DNA of 64,000 nt, taken from positions 32,612,001-32,676,000 of the forward strand of contig CM059444.1 in assembly GCA_030390025.1 (NCBI GenBank), in the 5' to 3' direction. Positions 49,144 through 62,269 of this stretch are shown in pieces. The DNA is from Squalus acanthias (Eukaryota). The first letter of the stretch is position 1. The number at the start of each line of letters is the position of its first letter. The position numbers were made by a program, and so were the translations under genes. Under the pieces are notes generated by a model that was not told the origin of the DNA, made no database searches, and worked only from the letters and a program-made list of their open reading frames with translations.

Positions 49144-50895
49144 GGGGGGAATTTTTCAGGGGGTCAGCGGGCGCTTTTGGTGGGAAAAAAATGTTTTTGA
49201 CAGCGGGTAGGGAACCCGCTACCACGCTAGTTTCCCAGATGTTGGGTCTGTCATCGCTGAACAGACCCGACACCAAGCGGTGGGGGAGGCAATTTAGATG
49301 ATTAAGAGCTTGTTAATAGCACTTAAAAACTATTTTACGCTCACCTTTAAATTTTACGAGTTCGCCCACGGCTTCCCCACTGCTCGGGGTTCACGTCAGC
49401 TCAGCAGGTCGGGAGTTGTGGCAGCATGAAATCATTTCTTTACTTGACAGCTGCAAATATGCTCTAAAAGCTCCCATCTCACAGCTGTTCACTTTCCAAG
49501 TTCGGAAGCTGTTGCTTACTGCATTTGGAAGACAGACTGAGCTTTATGCAGCTTGCAAGCGTTTGGAGTAAACTCTGTATCCAGTGTCACCTAATTGGAA
49601 CAATCTCTCTTACCACTGACAGATCGCTTCTGTCATTTCAACTTCACCTGCCATCTATTACTTCAGCATCGGTGCCCATGAAACTATCTCACCTTGGTCC
49701 TCAGAATTCCACCACGATCAGCCCCAACACCAGCAGCACTCGGCACACCAGCAGCACTAACAACAACACCAACCTTCTCCGCAATCAACTGATGCTACAC
49801 AGGACAGAGAGCATCAGCACCTGACCACATTGCTGGCCGGGAGGCCAGGGATGGCCTCATCATGGCCAGATTTACTTCACTTGACGCTGTACACCCTGGC
49901 TGCCACATGATGCGCCAGGTTGGCACCACCCCACACCAACACCATAAAGCATCCCTACAACGTCTAAGCCATTCCTTCCACATTCATCGCCTTTGCGGGG
50001 GTACCATTATGTCTCACCATTCACTGCAACTCACTAAGCCACTTCCAAAGGTGCACACAAATCTGTCCAAGAACGCAAAGTGTTGAAAATAAAGATTTCA
50101 ATGTTTGACAGCACATTAACAGAAACTTCACATGAACGTTGGCTAAAACACCCAAGTGCCTACCCTTGTGTGCTGTTACCTGGTATGATTGGACTAGGAT
50201 GAGGGTGAGTGTGAGGGGTGTCTAGTGAGATGGGGAAATGATAATGTAGATAGAGAGGGATGGGTGGAGGTGCAAGGTAAGTTGGTGAGAGTAAGGATAT
50301 GCAGGAGTAGAGTAGGGAAGGCAGAGTGATGGGGATGTGAAGAGTAGCACAGCTGGATGAGGTTAAGTGTGGCTTTGCAGTAACGTTTTGTGATCTACTG
50401 AGAACATTGAAAGGTTTGTGCCACTGCAGCCTGGTCCTCCTGACCACATCCCTGCTTGTGCCCTCCTATGCAATGTGCAACCAGGCTGCGTTGATCTCCT
50501 GGGGAGGTCTCTTCCGCCCATTGGAAGGGAAGAGAACCTCCCTGCGTGCTGTGATTCCCTCCATGGAGGGAGTCATGGGAGAGCCTGGGTGCAGCCCTGC
50601 ACCTCTGTGCAGTGCTTGTCAGTGTTTGCAGCATCTCAATGCTGTCGAACACTGACAGCACAACTGTCAAAATCAATTTGCGCATGGTCTCTTTAAGGAA
50701 ACCGGCTGATGATGCGTCATCAAGTGACATCATCAGACCCGCTTCCTTCAATTGGCCGGGAAACGCATGGGCGGGCTTAACAAGCCCAATCAACGTAAGA
50801 TCACTTTGGACAACGGGCTGAAGCCAGCAGCGAGGTCGCAACCCGCCACCGACCCCGGCAGCACCGGACCCGCCGAGGTAGAGGAAATCGTGGCC
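49144..50895. mobile_element. Non-autonomous PIF/Harbinger element carrying a Myb/SANT gene remnant (copy 2)
   Basis: TIRs ggggggaattttt and gaaatcgtggcc; 3-bp TSD CAC on both sides; collinear with 17980-19725 in the same orientation. Confidence 0.85.
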
Positions 50896-52490
50896 CACAC
50901 TTCTGGACCTTGTGACTAGTACTGCCATCAGTGCAATAAGAATTAAGCTTATTTTCCAGCCAGAGTGAAAGAATCCCAGAGCTGAACTCACAAACCACCG
51001 TGTACATTATTGAAAGATGACAAGGCAGCTGATATTGGTGCCATGGAGGGGATTACGACCAGATTCTACTGGCTTCACCTTCGTCTGTAGCCCTACCATG
51101 AAAGAAGAAAATTGGGTTCCCAAATAAGTAGTACTGGCACACTTTCATCAAGCCCCAAATTAAAAATGTGGCACTAAGATTGGGTTATCACTGTTGCCAG
51201 GTATGAACCTCAGTTCCTCACTGTAGTAAGGACACCACTGACATGAGTAAAAATAAAATATTGTCAAACATTGCACACCATCATCCTTGCAGCACACATA
51301 CTTTTTTGGTGATCAGTTCGTCAGGTCCACAATTAATCATTTCAAAACATTGTGAGTTTGGTTTCCTATTATGAATGCTTTGAGGAATAAATGGTCAACA
51401 AAGGGACTTATATGATCCCAAAGCTAATAGATTTCAAATCCAACAGTGGTCCTAAAATAGACATTAACACAATATGCCTGCTCTGATTATTAAAGACCAG
51501 CAGTGCGTACAGTTGTAAAATAAGTAATTTATAAGATAAATTTTCACATTCATCTACTGAAAAATATAAATGATTTGACATCACAAGGTTACTTTAAAGC
51601 GCACTGATGAGGATTAATGCTTTCATAGCTAACTGCAAGGTTGAATAGATATTTAATAGTTGAAAGGTAATTCCCAACCTATTTAGAGCTTTATTTAAAT
51701 TTCAAATAATTCTGTTCAAATAAATTAATGCTTTCAGCATTATAGTCAGAAAATATTTAAGCAAAATCTGGTGCAAAGAAGTGAATCATTATATGCTTTT
51801 TATTAAGTAGGCAAAGAAGGGGAATACTGAGGCTGACCAATGCAACATGTTTAGAATTGTATGATTGTTAAGAAACCATATGGTCCCTTCTACCTGCCAG
51901 AGAACACAGGTCACCCAGCTGTCAGTCCCTAGTATCTCCATTTTTATTCATCCAGAGTTTTCCAGCTCATTTGCTCTTTTCAGCTATCCTCTTACCACAG
52001 GTTGAGCTTCTGTCTTTTGATGTGCAGGGGGGGAGGAGAAGAAAACAACTTTATTCATGCATTTTCTACATTTGTGTGCTTGACTATCTTCAGCACACTG
52101 GATTTTCTAAAGAGACTTTATTTAAAAGAAATCACAGCCATTTATGTACTGTTCAAAATACTACAGACACCATGGGCTTGCTAGCTGTAATAAATGTTCA
52201 GTAATTATCCTGGACACTGATTTTTAGGACACATATGAATATGCATTAATAGTGCTTGCACACATTACAAGGGTAATACTGTATTCACCCCTGGTTGGAA
52301 ATGTTTCCTTCTTCCATGGAAAGCCCATATGGAAGGAGCTTGATGAAGGCTCACTGGTCGTAACATGAAACAATATATAGGGATTAGATTTGCCTGAAAC
52401 AACACTCACCTATGTTCACTCATCCCTGTATGCATCTATTTTTTCCACAGAGATAATTCCAAAATGGTTGCTAAGCATCTGTTCAACTTA

Positions 52491-52670
52491 GGGGATAATA
52501 CCTAACTCGCTCAGTGAGAAACTGACAGGATCAAATCAGCTATTTTACATCCCGCTTGATTTTACTGCATGTCGACCTCAGTGGAAAGTAAAATCGGATG
52601 GGGTGTAAAATGGGCGGCCATACCAATCCTGTAAGTTACTTGCTGGGTGGGTTGGGTTAAATTTGCCCCC
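52491..52670. mobile_element. Short palindromic Harbinger-type MITE
   Basis: ggggataat...aaatttgcccc termini; internal arms ttttacatcccg/gggtgtaaaa; related to 48621. Confidence 0.65.
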
Positions 52671-53313
52671 ATAGTTTATGATCTAGTAAACTGCCCTTGG
52701 TGCGGCACTGTTATGGGCAATTATTTACATTCAATGTTAAATTTTAACGTAGCCAGTTTCAATGTTGACATAAAAGCGTGACCGAAAACCGTAACAACAG
52801 GAAGTGAACATACAGTAACTATTTTAGTGTTCGGCATCCAACACAAAGCACAAAACAGTTTTACATGTGGACATAGGTTAGAACTATTAAAACCAATTGT
52901 AACTGCATTTCAGGCAAGAATGGGAGGGGAAAGAAAAAACACTTTGTTTTGGCCAATAGAATTGCACTAGCTTTCACACTGCCTGCAACATTAAGATACC
53001 CATAATTGATAAATTGTGATTGTTTTTATTATTGTTATTTGCCTTCAGTTCCTGAGTCTAGATAATTTTTTGCCACTTTATGGCAACTACTAATGGATTT
53101 TAGTGAAAGGCGTGCTTTGTAAGTGTGACGGACACGTCTCTAAAACAACTCTGATGTATCTTGAAGTGTTTAAGGCCAAAGTATAATTAGGCTGACCAAT
53201 TCATAGAATATATACAGACTTTATAATCTGAAAATATTTTTTAAATAAAAGTGTCAAAGAATGGAAGTTTACCCAAGTTCATTCTCAATATGTCAACATG
53301 GTGCCGCCTCTCA

Positions 53314-53327
53314 GTTGCCATGGCAAC
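53314..53327. promoter_or_regulatory. Perfect palindromic RFX X-box motif
   Basis: GTTGCCATGGCAAC in apparently unique intronic DNA. Confidence 0.5.
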
Positions 53328-55589
53328 CCCACATCCTCACACAAGTCAACAGCAGGGTAACTCCTGGTTAAAATCAGCCAGGTGGAGATACACAGGAAGT
53401 TGGGATAACGTGTATTTCTCAAAATATATATACCTATAGGCAAACAATGAGAAACCCTTACTTAAAAAAAATGTACTGCTAGCCCTCCAGTAAAGAAACA
53501 ATTAAATTGCAAGGATAGGTACATTTTCTAACTCTTGAGGTTTCCAGAAAATGTTGCTTACGCACACAGAAGCTACATGGGAAAAATTGGGATGTGAACA
53601 GAGTAAATGTGATCTGTAATATACATATCAAAAAATCTACACAGCAAATGTCAACCCATCTTTAATGCTGAGAACCTAGTGTGTATTTCCAGCACCTTTT
53701 GTTTTTATTTCAGATTCCCATCATCTGCAGCTTTCCCCCCCCCTTTTCATTTCAATTGTAATAGGTTGAGTAACTACAAACTACTTCATCTTTTAGAAAA
53801 TGGAAGGTATGGAGAAATTGAAGTTCTGCATTTCTTTACTTCATCTACTAGAAGAATTTCTTGAAACTCAAGTTGAATTTTACACAAAGCTTCTTTGCCA
53901 CCCAGAGGTTGTAAATATTGGCCAGCTGATACTTTACAGTGCAAGGGAGGTGAATTTACCTCAGCAGCTACAGCCATTAACGGAAGGCACTTTAATAAGC
54001 TGGTCACTTCGATTGTATGTTAACATTTGTCAGATCTAGTGATATTCCTGTGGCTCTGGCCCAATATTTTTGATTTAATTTTCAGTTCACGGAGGGTAAA
54101 TTTGGTTCATTCTGATTCCTCCAAGCTACCTCCCCAATGGTGCTCAAAGCAAAAAATATTGCAAAATAAGGACAGAAAACAGTAAGATTCCAGGTCATCA
54201 GAAATTATTTTTAAATGGCATAGTTTTTAAAAAGGGATCCAATTTAACTACAGGAAATACTGCAGTTTTTTTTAGCAAGTTTGTAAAGTAAAAGTTATTT
54301 TCAATGGACGAACAAAGGTTTCTCCTCTATGCTGACTTTAAGGGATATCAAAGTCAGCATATGTTTAGAAAAGTCTGAACCTGGATCTTAGTGGGCACTG
54401 ACCCACTTCAGATAGCAGTTTAGAAACAATCGGCAACCTCACTAAATGCAACCACCTGACCTCAGTGTACTGATTACCAGCAAGTGTGGCCTCAACCACC
54501 TTTCCTGGCAACCTGATACAGTTGTTGATGACCATTCATGTAAAGAAAATTATTCTTGACTTTGTCTTAAATTTGTCCTTCACAACTCTGAACCTATGCT
54601 GTCTCACCAAGAGTGTATTAGAATTCCAATTACTACTGGTTATTCTAAAAGATTAAAAACCAGCATAATGCAGCAGCACAATTTTCACCAAAGCTTTTCT
54701 ACTTCACATAAAATAAATTTGTTTAATATGTTTCTGAGATTCTAATCATCTCTTGTCTTACTGGGGCAGTGGCTCAGGCGTCACGCTACCAAGAGTGCCA
54801 AAGGTGCTGATACCAGCAGCATTCGTTATTCGGTTAGCAAAGCTCAGTCTATTCAAAGAGGATTTTTTATTTTTAAGATTGGCACATTATCTGTGTAATT
54901 TTTTTTTGAGTTACAGATATTCAACCCACTGAGTAAGAACAAAACCGACGCCAGTAGCAAGTCACTTTGAAATAATAGTAGTGGCTTAATTTTCGAATAA
55001 AACTATTACTGCGAACTTATAAACTCTTCTATTGTAACATATATCTACATTTTTTTTAAATTCTTGGTATTAGCAAGGCTGACAATATTGAATTAAGTAT
55101 GTACTCAATTAAATGTTTACACTGTGACCTGCAGAAACTTGGTGAATCATCCGAGGAACACTTAACATTCTCCATAGTAACTGACAAACAAACATTCAAC
55201 TCCACTTAGCTTTCTAAAATCCAATTCTATCATTCAAGACTATTGTACAAATCCACAAGTACAGGTTGATTGGAGGTATTGCTTGTAGTGCACCCCTTCC
55301 ACTACCCACCCTATGCAAAAGCTGTATGTGTAATTTTTAAAAAATAGTATTAATTCAAGAGGTGGCTGCCACAGGCATTGACAGGATGCAGCAGGATGTG
55401 AGTGGAAGGCGAGATGTTTGCTTGCAAGTCCACCTCCAGTTTATTCTGCAATACATCTTTTAACAGTACTGGCATGAAAGCAACTCTGATTAAAGCTGGC
55501 ATAGATTCTGCACATATAATTTGCCAACTTTTGATGATCAAATGAAGATTGTATTTCAATTTCAAATCCCACCGGTTGAAAATACAAGT

Positions 55590-55755
55590 TAGAATGATAG
55601 AATGGTTACAGCACAGAAGGAAGCCATTCGGCCAGTCGAGCCCTGTGCCGGCTCTCTGCAAGAGCATTTCAGCTAGTCCCACTCCCCCGCCCTTTCTCTG
55701 TAGCCCTGCATTTTTTTTCCCTTCAGGTACTTATCCAATTCCCTTTTGAAAGCCA
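55590..55755 (-). mobile_element. CR1 LINE 3' tail
   Basis: atagaatggttacagcacagaaggaagccattcggcc...ttatccaattcccttttgaaag. Confidence 0.8.
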
Positions 55756-56114
55756 TAAGTATATTCTATATGGGCAAAGGTAATAAAAAGCCTGTTTCCC
55801 CATTCAAGTTCTTTTTAAATGAACAGTGATGTTTGCACTCAGTTAGTTGGAGGTCAATGCTGAAGAACTGAATACTTTTCCACTTTGGGCACCTAATGTC
55901 AGGCATATCATATGTTATGATGAAATGTAAAGCTTCCTCAACACTACCTTAACCAATGTGCCTTAAACCCTTCAGAGGAGTTTTCCAAATTGCACCCGCA
56001 TAACATTTCTATTTCCCAAAGCTAGCTATCCGTGTGGCTTCTCCAAGTGACATTGGCAATTCGAGTAATATGAGAGTAACATAGAGTCATTGATTTATTC
56101 ATTGCTGATGAGCG

Positions 56115-56190
56115 AGCCTTTGGCTTAGTGGTAGCATTCCTGCTACTGAATCAAAAGGTACAGGGTTCAAACCCCGCTCCAGATAGTTCC
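56115..56190 (+). mobile_element. tRNA-derived SINE head
   Basis: tggcttagtggtagcattcctgctactgaatcaaaaggtacagggttcaaacccc, A/B-box-like and similar to 28684. Confidence 0.55.
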
Positions 56191-56794
56191 AGCAAGTAGA
56201 GACCAGAGCTCTGGCTCTGAATATCCAGCAGGTAACACCCCTCATTGTATGGGTTGTGGGAGACAATAAAACCCTCCCACTGTATAGGACTAACCACCCT
56301 ATAAAGATGGCTACGGCCATGGAAGGAGTGTTTACATCACGGCCTGTCAGACTGTTAATCAGCTTGAGAATCCTTCCACTACTTCACACTGTTCTCCAAG
56401 GGAAGCGTGTGAAGATAGGAAAAACGAAAATGCGATTCTGATCAAATTCAAATGTAATTTATAGAACATTTTGCAGTATCCATGCGTGCAACAGGACATC
56501 AAAGTGTGCGATTACTTCGTGAGAATCCTCAATTTGCTGTAATATGTCCTTTTTATTCCTTGTTGTCAAATAAAACTGAAATTAAATTCATTTTGATAAA
56601 TGTTAATTATGTTTGGTGCCCCAAGATTCCCATTTTTTTTGAAACAGCCAACAGCAAAAGAAGTGTGAATGTCTTTTATTTAATTGCATTGAAGAGAATG
56701 GATCGGAGGCAATTATGCTACTCAGCAAATCTAACATTTTTAAAAGTAAGAGTTAAACATGATAAGAGCTAACTGCAAAGAAACTGGAATCAAA

Positions 56795-56858
56795 AAGAAA
56801 ATAAAAAGCAAAATACTGCAGATGCTGGAAATCTGAAATAAAAACAGAAAATGCTGGG
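56795..56858 (-). mobile_element. Penelope terminal fragment including the tail
   Basis: agcaaaatactgcagatgctggaaatctgaaataaaaacagaaaatgctgg is the reverse complement of 9765-9817 with few changes. Confidence 0.7.
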
Positions 56859-59193
56859 AAGCTTGCATAAATTAATTATCAAGAGATTTCAACTGCAGTA
56901 AAAACAACATTTGTTAATTATTTTTTCTCATCAAAATGGGTGAGGTCAATGCTAAGAAATGAAATATCTTTTCACTATGAGTAGCACGTATCGGCATTAA
57001 GCATTCCAACATCAAGTACGGCATTGGCAGATGCCGAAAACTTTTCCTACAAGGTGTCTAACCCCAATTTCAGAAGAATATTGCGCCAGTGTGAATTTTT
57101 CTTGTTGCACATTGAACATTCTTTTGAATGCAATTGCTAATTTAGTGCCAACTTGTGCTGCACCAATCACAGCTGTGTCATTATGTATGCAGTTCTGTGT
57201 TGTGAATCTATAGCCATGAGCAACTGGGTTAAGCCTGTTAAAAAAACAATTGCAAACAGATAGCTTACAGCCAGCAGAAAGAGAAGACTTTTATCCAGAG
57301 ACATCAACAGTATGATTATACTTATCAGCACAATGTTCTGTGAAATTGAAATAAATGCGATTTACTAATTGAATATTTATATTCTCTTGCATGCATATTT
57401 TCACATTGACTTTATTAGGTATAGTAGCCTGGTACAGTTACTTAGAGTGAAGAAAGAAAATCTACAGGACTCTCCATCATCTACCTCAGCCTTTTAAGTT
57501 AACTCGTTTTTCTCCACCTTTACCCATTCCCCCAACTGCAAGCAACATTCCTTCAAACAGAGGAAGGGTAGGAGACCAGGGTCCAAGCCTTTGCCAATGA
57601 CAGTCTGTGACTGAATCCTGTAGGTGGTGCGCACTTCAGCCACTACTCTCCCTCTGTACTGTGTTGGAAGGTTGGAATTTGAGTTGCTGCTTGGGATGGG
57701 AGAACGATTTTCTATGGCACCTGCTAATCAGCTAATTTTGCCAGCAAGAGAGTATAAACCTTTTCTCAAGATGCTACCTATTCAGAACATCCTAATTTCA
57801 TTGCATAATTGCGCGATAAGGTAGTGTGTAGAAGTCACCTGAGTTGAGTCATTTTCATGAGATTTGGAACTCAGTAGGGCACATTTTAACTTGCTGAAAT
57901 CAACGTTAATGGGGTGGTAGCAACCACCAAATGGGATTGGTACATTTATCACCCCCTTAACGCTGTCGCTCCAGCCACCCCCCATTTTTACAAGGGCCTA
58001 ACACTGGGCAGACAATAGGTCCCATTTACTATGAAACTCTAAGTTCTATGAGGCACATAGGACCCCAATTCCCATTTTAGGACAGAACCGGTCAGAGCGT
58101 ACACTGTACACTTTCCGACCAGCTTTACTGGCGATACATCCAAAAAGACCCAAGAAAGGTAAGTTTAAAATTAGTTTTGTGAGGCTAGGAGGGGCAGAAA
58201 TGTTCCTCTGGACCCCACAAAATTAATCTGGGCTTCTGCCACCCACCACCGCTCTCCCACAATCACAACCCTCCTCAGGAGTTACCTTGCTGCTGGCTGG
58301 GCGGTTTCCTGACCGCTCAATAGTGCACAGGCCTGAATCTAGTGAGCTGCATCGGGATGTCTGTTTTGGGGCAGTTCTATTTAAACGAGGCCTGGCCTCA
58401 CAATGGCCCTGGCCACTTCGCTGCCAGAACCGATGGGCAGGCGGGCAATGCCAAAAAGTTAAAATCTACCCCCGTGTGAGCAGATCTGTGAATGTGAATA
58501 CACATTGCACCACGCCATAGTAGAACAGTGCACTGTCGTAACTAATGTGAAGTACCTTGTACATACTTAACAATAGGTCTGATTTGAAATTATATAAGAA
58601 AAATAATTTTCTACCATAAATACTACTAAACATATTAATTTGACATTTATACAATGCAATGGTTGTTCAGAAAAAGATGAGTTTTATATAATTTTACAAT
58701 CATTTTCACTAATGAATATTACTTGCAATGTGCCATAATTTTTTCATACTGCAAATCTAGGTTTTGTGGACAAAATCATTGCACGTACAAACCTTATCAC
58801 CCAGTTCATTTTTAAAAGACGTTCAGAATAACCACAAACTAATTAGCTAGAAAGAGTATCTTCACACTCCGTAGCAAAGGAACTAGTAAGCTACACTTTA
58901 CACTGTAGAGAGCTCACTATTAATATAGAATAGATTTTTATAGTGGGTAAAATATTCCAACTTTTTACCTATGCAGTCTTTTATGTTTAAATTTGGCATA
59001 TGTTAAGCATCAGGCATAATATATCTGCAGTATGTCACACACACTTGAGTTACGAGGTCACCACAATCAAACCGCTCAATCGGAAGCTTAGCAGAATTAA
59101 AAAGAGCTATATACCAGATACATAGTCGGTTTAAAAAAAACAAGTACAGAGGCAGAAGCAATAGTAACAAAACAAAACTTGAAATAAACTAAC

Positions 59194-59962
59194 CTGGATC
59201 CACCATAACAAATGTGTTCTCAGCAGAACTGTCTCGTCCTACATCATTCCATGTTTTTGAAGGAGGTGTTGGTTTGATTGGAATTTTAAGTGGATAGCTC
59301 TCTGTAGTTGCAACTTCAGATGATGTTTGCGATAGTTCAACTGTCGTTTGTGGAAAAGTGTTATTTGTTTGACTCATAGTTGTGTTTGAAAGGTCTTGTC
59401 CGCTGGTTGGGCTTTTATCTTCTTCGGTTGGACCACTCGGATCTCCAGGTGACGTCCCTGATTCAGTCTCATTTTGTGTCTCAGTAGTTGTTGCAGTCAC
59501 AACATTCTCCTCTTTCTCCACTACATCTTTCCTTTTTTCTTCTTCATTTTCCTCTTCATCTCCTCCCTCTCCTTTCTCACTCTCATTTTCTTTCTTTTCA
59601 TCTTCACCTTCTGCCTCACCAGTTTTGTTGACTGCAGAACCACCCTCTGAGCCTGGGGATGACAATGCTTCAGTTGTTGGAACAACAGGTCTCACTCGAT
59701 GTTTAGTGGTTGAAGACACAGAGGGAAGGCGTGTAGGCCATACAGTACTAGGAAAGGAAGGAACAACACCACCACCAAACCCTAGGCTTGCAAGCAAAGT
59801 ACTTGTTACCACAGATGCCACAGTAGTCTGGCTTCCACTGGATGAAGGGCCCATGCCAGTTGCCACGGAAACAAAGGGCAAAGTAAGACCAGAAGAAGTC
59901 CAAGTAGATGACCCAGAACTGATTGGTGCCATATCAGCTGAAGAAGCAGGAGAGGCTGTAGG
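59194..59962 (-). CDS. PTPRG: PTPRG large extracellular spacer exon (equivalent to human exon 12), 769 nt, phase 0 to 1
   Basis: Translates [65 protein letters not shown]...[11 protein letters not shown]...FVMVDP, closely matching the recalled human PTPRG spacer. Acceptor is a pyrimidine tract ending ...ctgaag; donor is CCAG|gttagt. The 5' boundary could alternatively be 59955. Confidence 0.95.
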
Positions 59963-60035
59963 CTTCAGTGAAGTACCAGAGGAATATGAAGGGAAAAAAC
60001 AATAGATACAGGGTAAGTAGAAATATTGGACATAC

Positions 60036-60177
60036 CACCTTGGTTCTCATTACTAGAGGAGCTTCCAAAAGAAGCTTTAACTTCTACAGTTCTTTCATCA
60101 TCTCCAAAATCCTCCTTTTCATGCTCATTATAATATTTTGTCCCTTCTCCATCAGGAACTCCACTTTCCTTAGCGTT
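60036..60177 (-). CDS. Candidate alternative acidic exon upstream of the PTPRG spacer exon
   Basis: tcttgtttaaacag|AAC GCT AAG...CAA GGT G|gtatgt. Open purine-rich frame [47 protein letters not shown]. In frame only if spliced to the alternative acceptor at 59955. Confidence 0.3.
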
Positions 60178-62269
60178 CTGTTTAAACAAGACATAATTAC
60201 ACAAGCTTCCCGTTATATCTATGCTTCCTTTCAAATCTTACATTAGTGGTTCTATTTACTTTCTGAACTCTATTAATATCAGAGCAATTTCTCTAATGTT
60301 CTATTAGCTTTTTTTTAATCAATCCATTTGAAATGGAAATTCAAATGTATTTACAAAGAGAAAAAAGACAATATTAAATACAGTGCAGTCTAAGTCATAT
60401 GAACACTTTCCAGATCACTCTTCCTTCCCTTGGTTCACAATAAAATTCAGGTCAAAAGAATTGTTACAGCAAAGGTATTTTACAATTTTCAATTTGATCC
60501 CATTTAAATTGCTGTTGTGCATGTTTTGGGAATAAACCTATTTTTTAAAAATTAAAATATTCGTCAGCAAGACTAAGAGCAGTATGATAATAACAAACTA
60601 CATTGCAAATCACTTTTTGAAAAAAAATGGATAACATTGCAATTAGTTTGAAAGAGACAGACACCAAGTTAGTACTGAGTTTATAGGTAAAAAGATATTA
60701 GATAAACCTGTGGACTATCACAGATCCATTTCTCCTCCTATTTAGAAACATCAAACTGAATGATAACAGAATGATGTACTCTTATTCTTTAAGAGTTGTA
60801 CAAGACAGTCTCCAACTTAAATTCTCATACTGTAAGAGGAGCAGTGGGATATTGGGGTGGACCTGTGATTCCCTTAAGGTACCCCCCTGTCAACTCCACT
60901 ATCAGGGAGGAATTTAACCGTAGGAAGGAAGGGAGGAGAGTCAAAAGAAACTTTCTGAATAAGTCAACCCAAACTGTTCTTATACACTTAGTAGTGATTG
61001 GTTATCCAGTGGAACTGAGAGCTGCCTCGGAGTAAGTTGGTTAACTGAACTGTTGGCAGAGAAAATCGGTACTTTAAAAAAAAAATGGAGTGATGCAGTA
61101 ATGTCCCAGATTGGAGGGAGGCAGCTTTAATTCTTCCCCCTTTTCCCACATTCCACAACCAGGGAAGCATTTAAGTGGAAGGACAATCAGAGACAACAGT
61201 TATCATTGGACTGCTATTGCAAGCCACCTGGTGGCTGGCTGAAGAATGGCGTCTGCAGATGCTAACAAGCAGGTCACTGACTACAGTAGGTACATGGCCC
61301 AGCAAGAATTGTACAGGGAGGTGGAGGGGGGATAAAACAGATGGACTTTATTTGCTCCAAAAAAAAGTGAGGAGAATATATATATCTTAGATAACAATCT
61401 TGTACGAGCCAGCTAAGGCAATTAAAAAATAAATATTTGAAAAATATTCCTCTGCCGAGATGGTTGAAGACATCAATAAGGTGTGTGTAGTTCAATTAAT
61501 GTTTTCACATTCAGTTGCTTGGCAAGTAATTCAAAGATCTGGCATTATTAATATTTTTAGAAGTTGCAGTATCCATGTAATTTGCATTCAAGTTGGCACC
61601 ACTGATTATGCAAATAGTATACGGCAATATTTTCTTCCATTCCTTAATTAGTGTCATCTTGTAATAAATTGAAAAACATGTATTAAATATTTGTGAACCA
61701 ACAAATAGCTGGTGGTTGGGTTGAATAATCCATGCATTATACAAAATTGTCCTGTTTATATGTGTCCAGTATTTTAATCAATTATTCCATTTTGGCTGTT
61801 CATAGGTGACATTATGGCAGAGAATGAAATATTCATTAAAAAAAATAAAGCATGACATACATTGACTGCTGCTTGGATAAAACAGGGACATACAAAAATA
61901 ATCTATTCTATATTAAAATTAGTAGGTGAGGCATAAAATTCCATTTCAAAATTCATTGAAAATCCCAATGTCAATTGCTCCCTATGGCATCTTTCATTTT
62001 AAAAGTGTCTGCAGTTTTCTGTACCTGTAGGTGGTGCTGTAATGGGGGTTTCCAATGCGATGTGTTCTGCTTGTAAACTGAGGGCATCCTCCTATATATC
62101 TATACTATCTTTGAGCAGAACAGTGCCAGTAATAGTTGAAAAAATAACCAGGAGTAGCAAAGTGTGGGAAAAAAATGGACACTAAAAGAGGGATCTTTCT
62201 AAAAATTGTGCACTACCTATGTGTTAAAAGAATTGGGACTCTTTAGTTGTTCAAAAATCATGGTACTCT

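Noticed and set aside
52410-52425. 16-nt segment with donor AG|gtgagt
   Set aside because: Purine-rich acceptor context and frame-shifting length.
59382-60005. 207-aa plus-strand ORF
   Set aside because: It is the antisense shadow of the low-complexity PTPRG spacer exon; no independent coding signature.
62025-62091. Possible small exon (EDALSLQAEHIALETPITAPPT) as the exon-11 equivalent
   Set aside because: No similarity to the conserved ANTTRIF...RIVKTG peptide and weak splice sites; the true upstream exon probably lies beyond the window.
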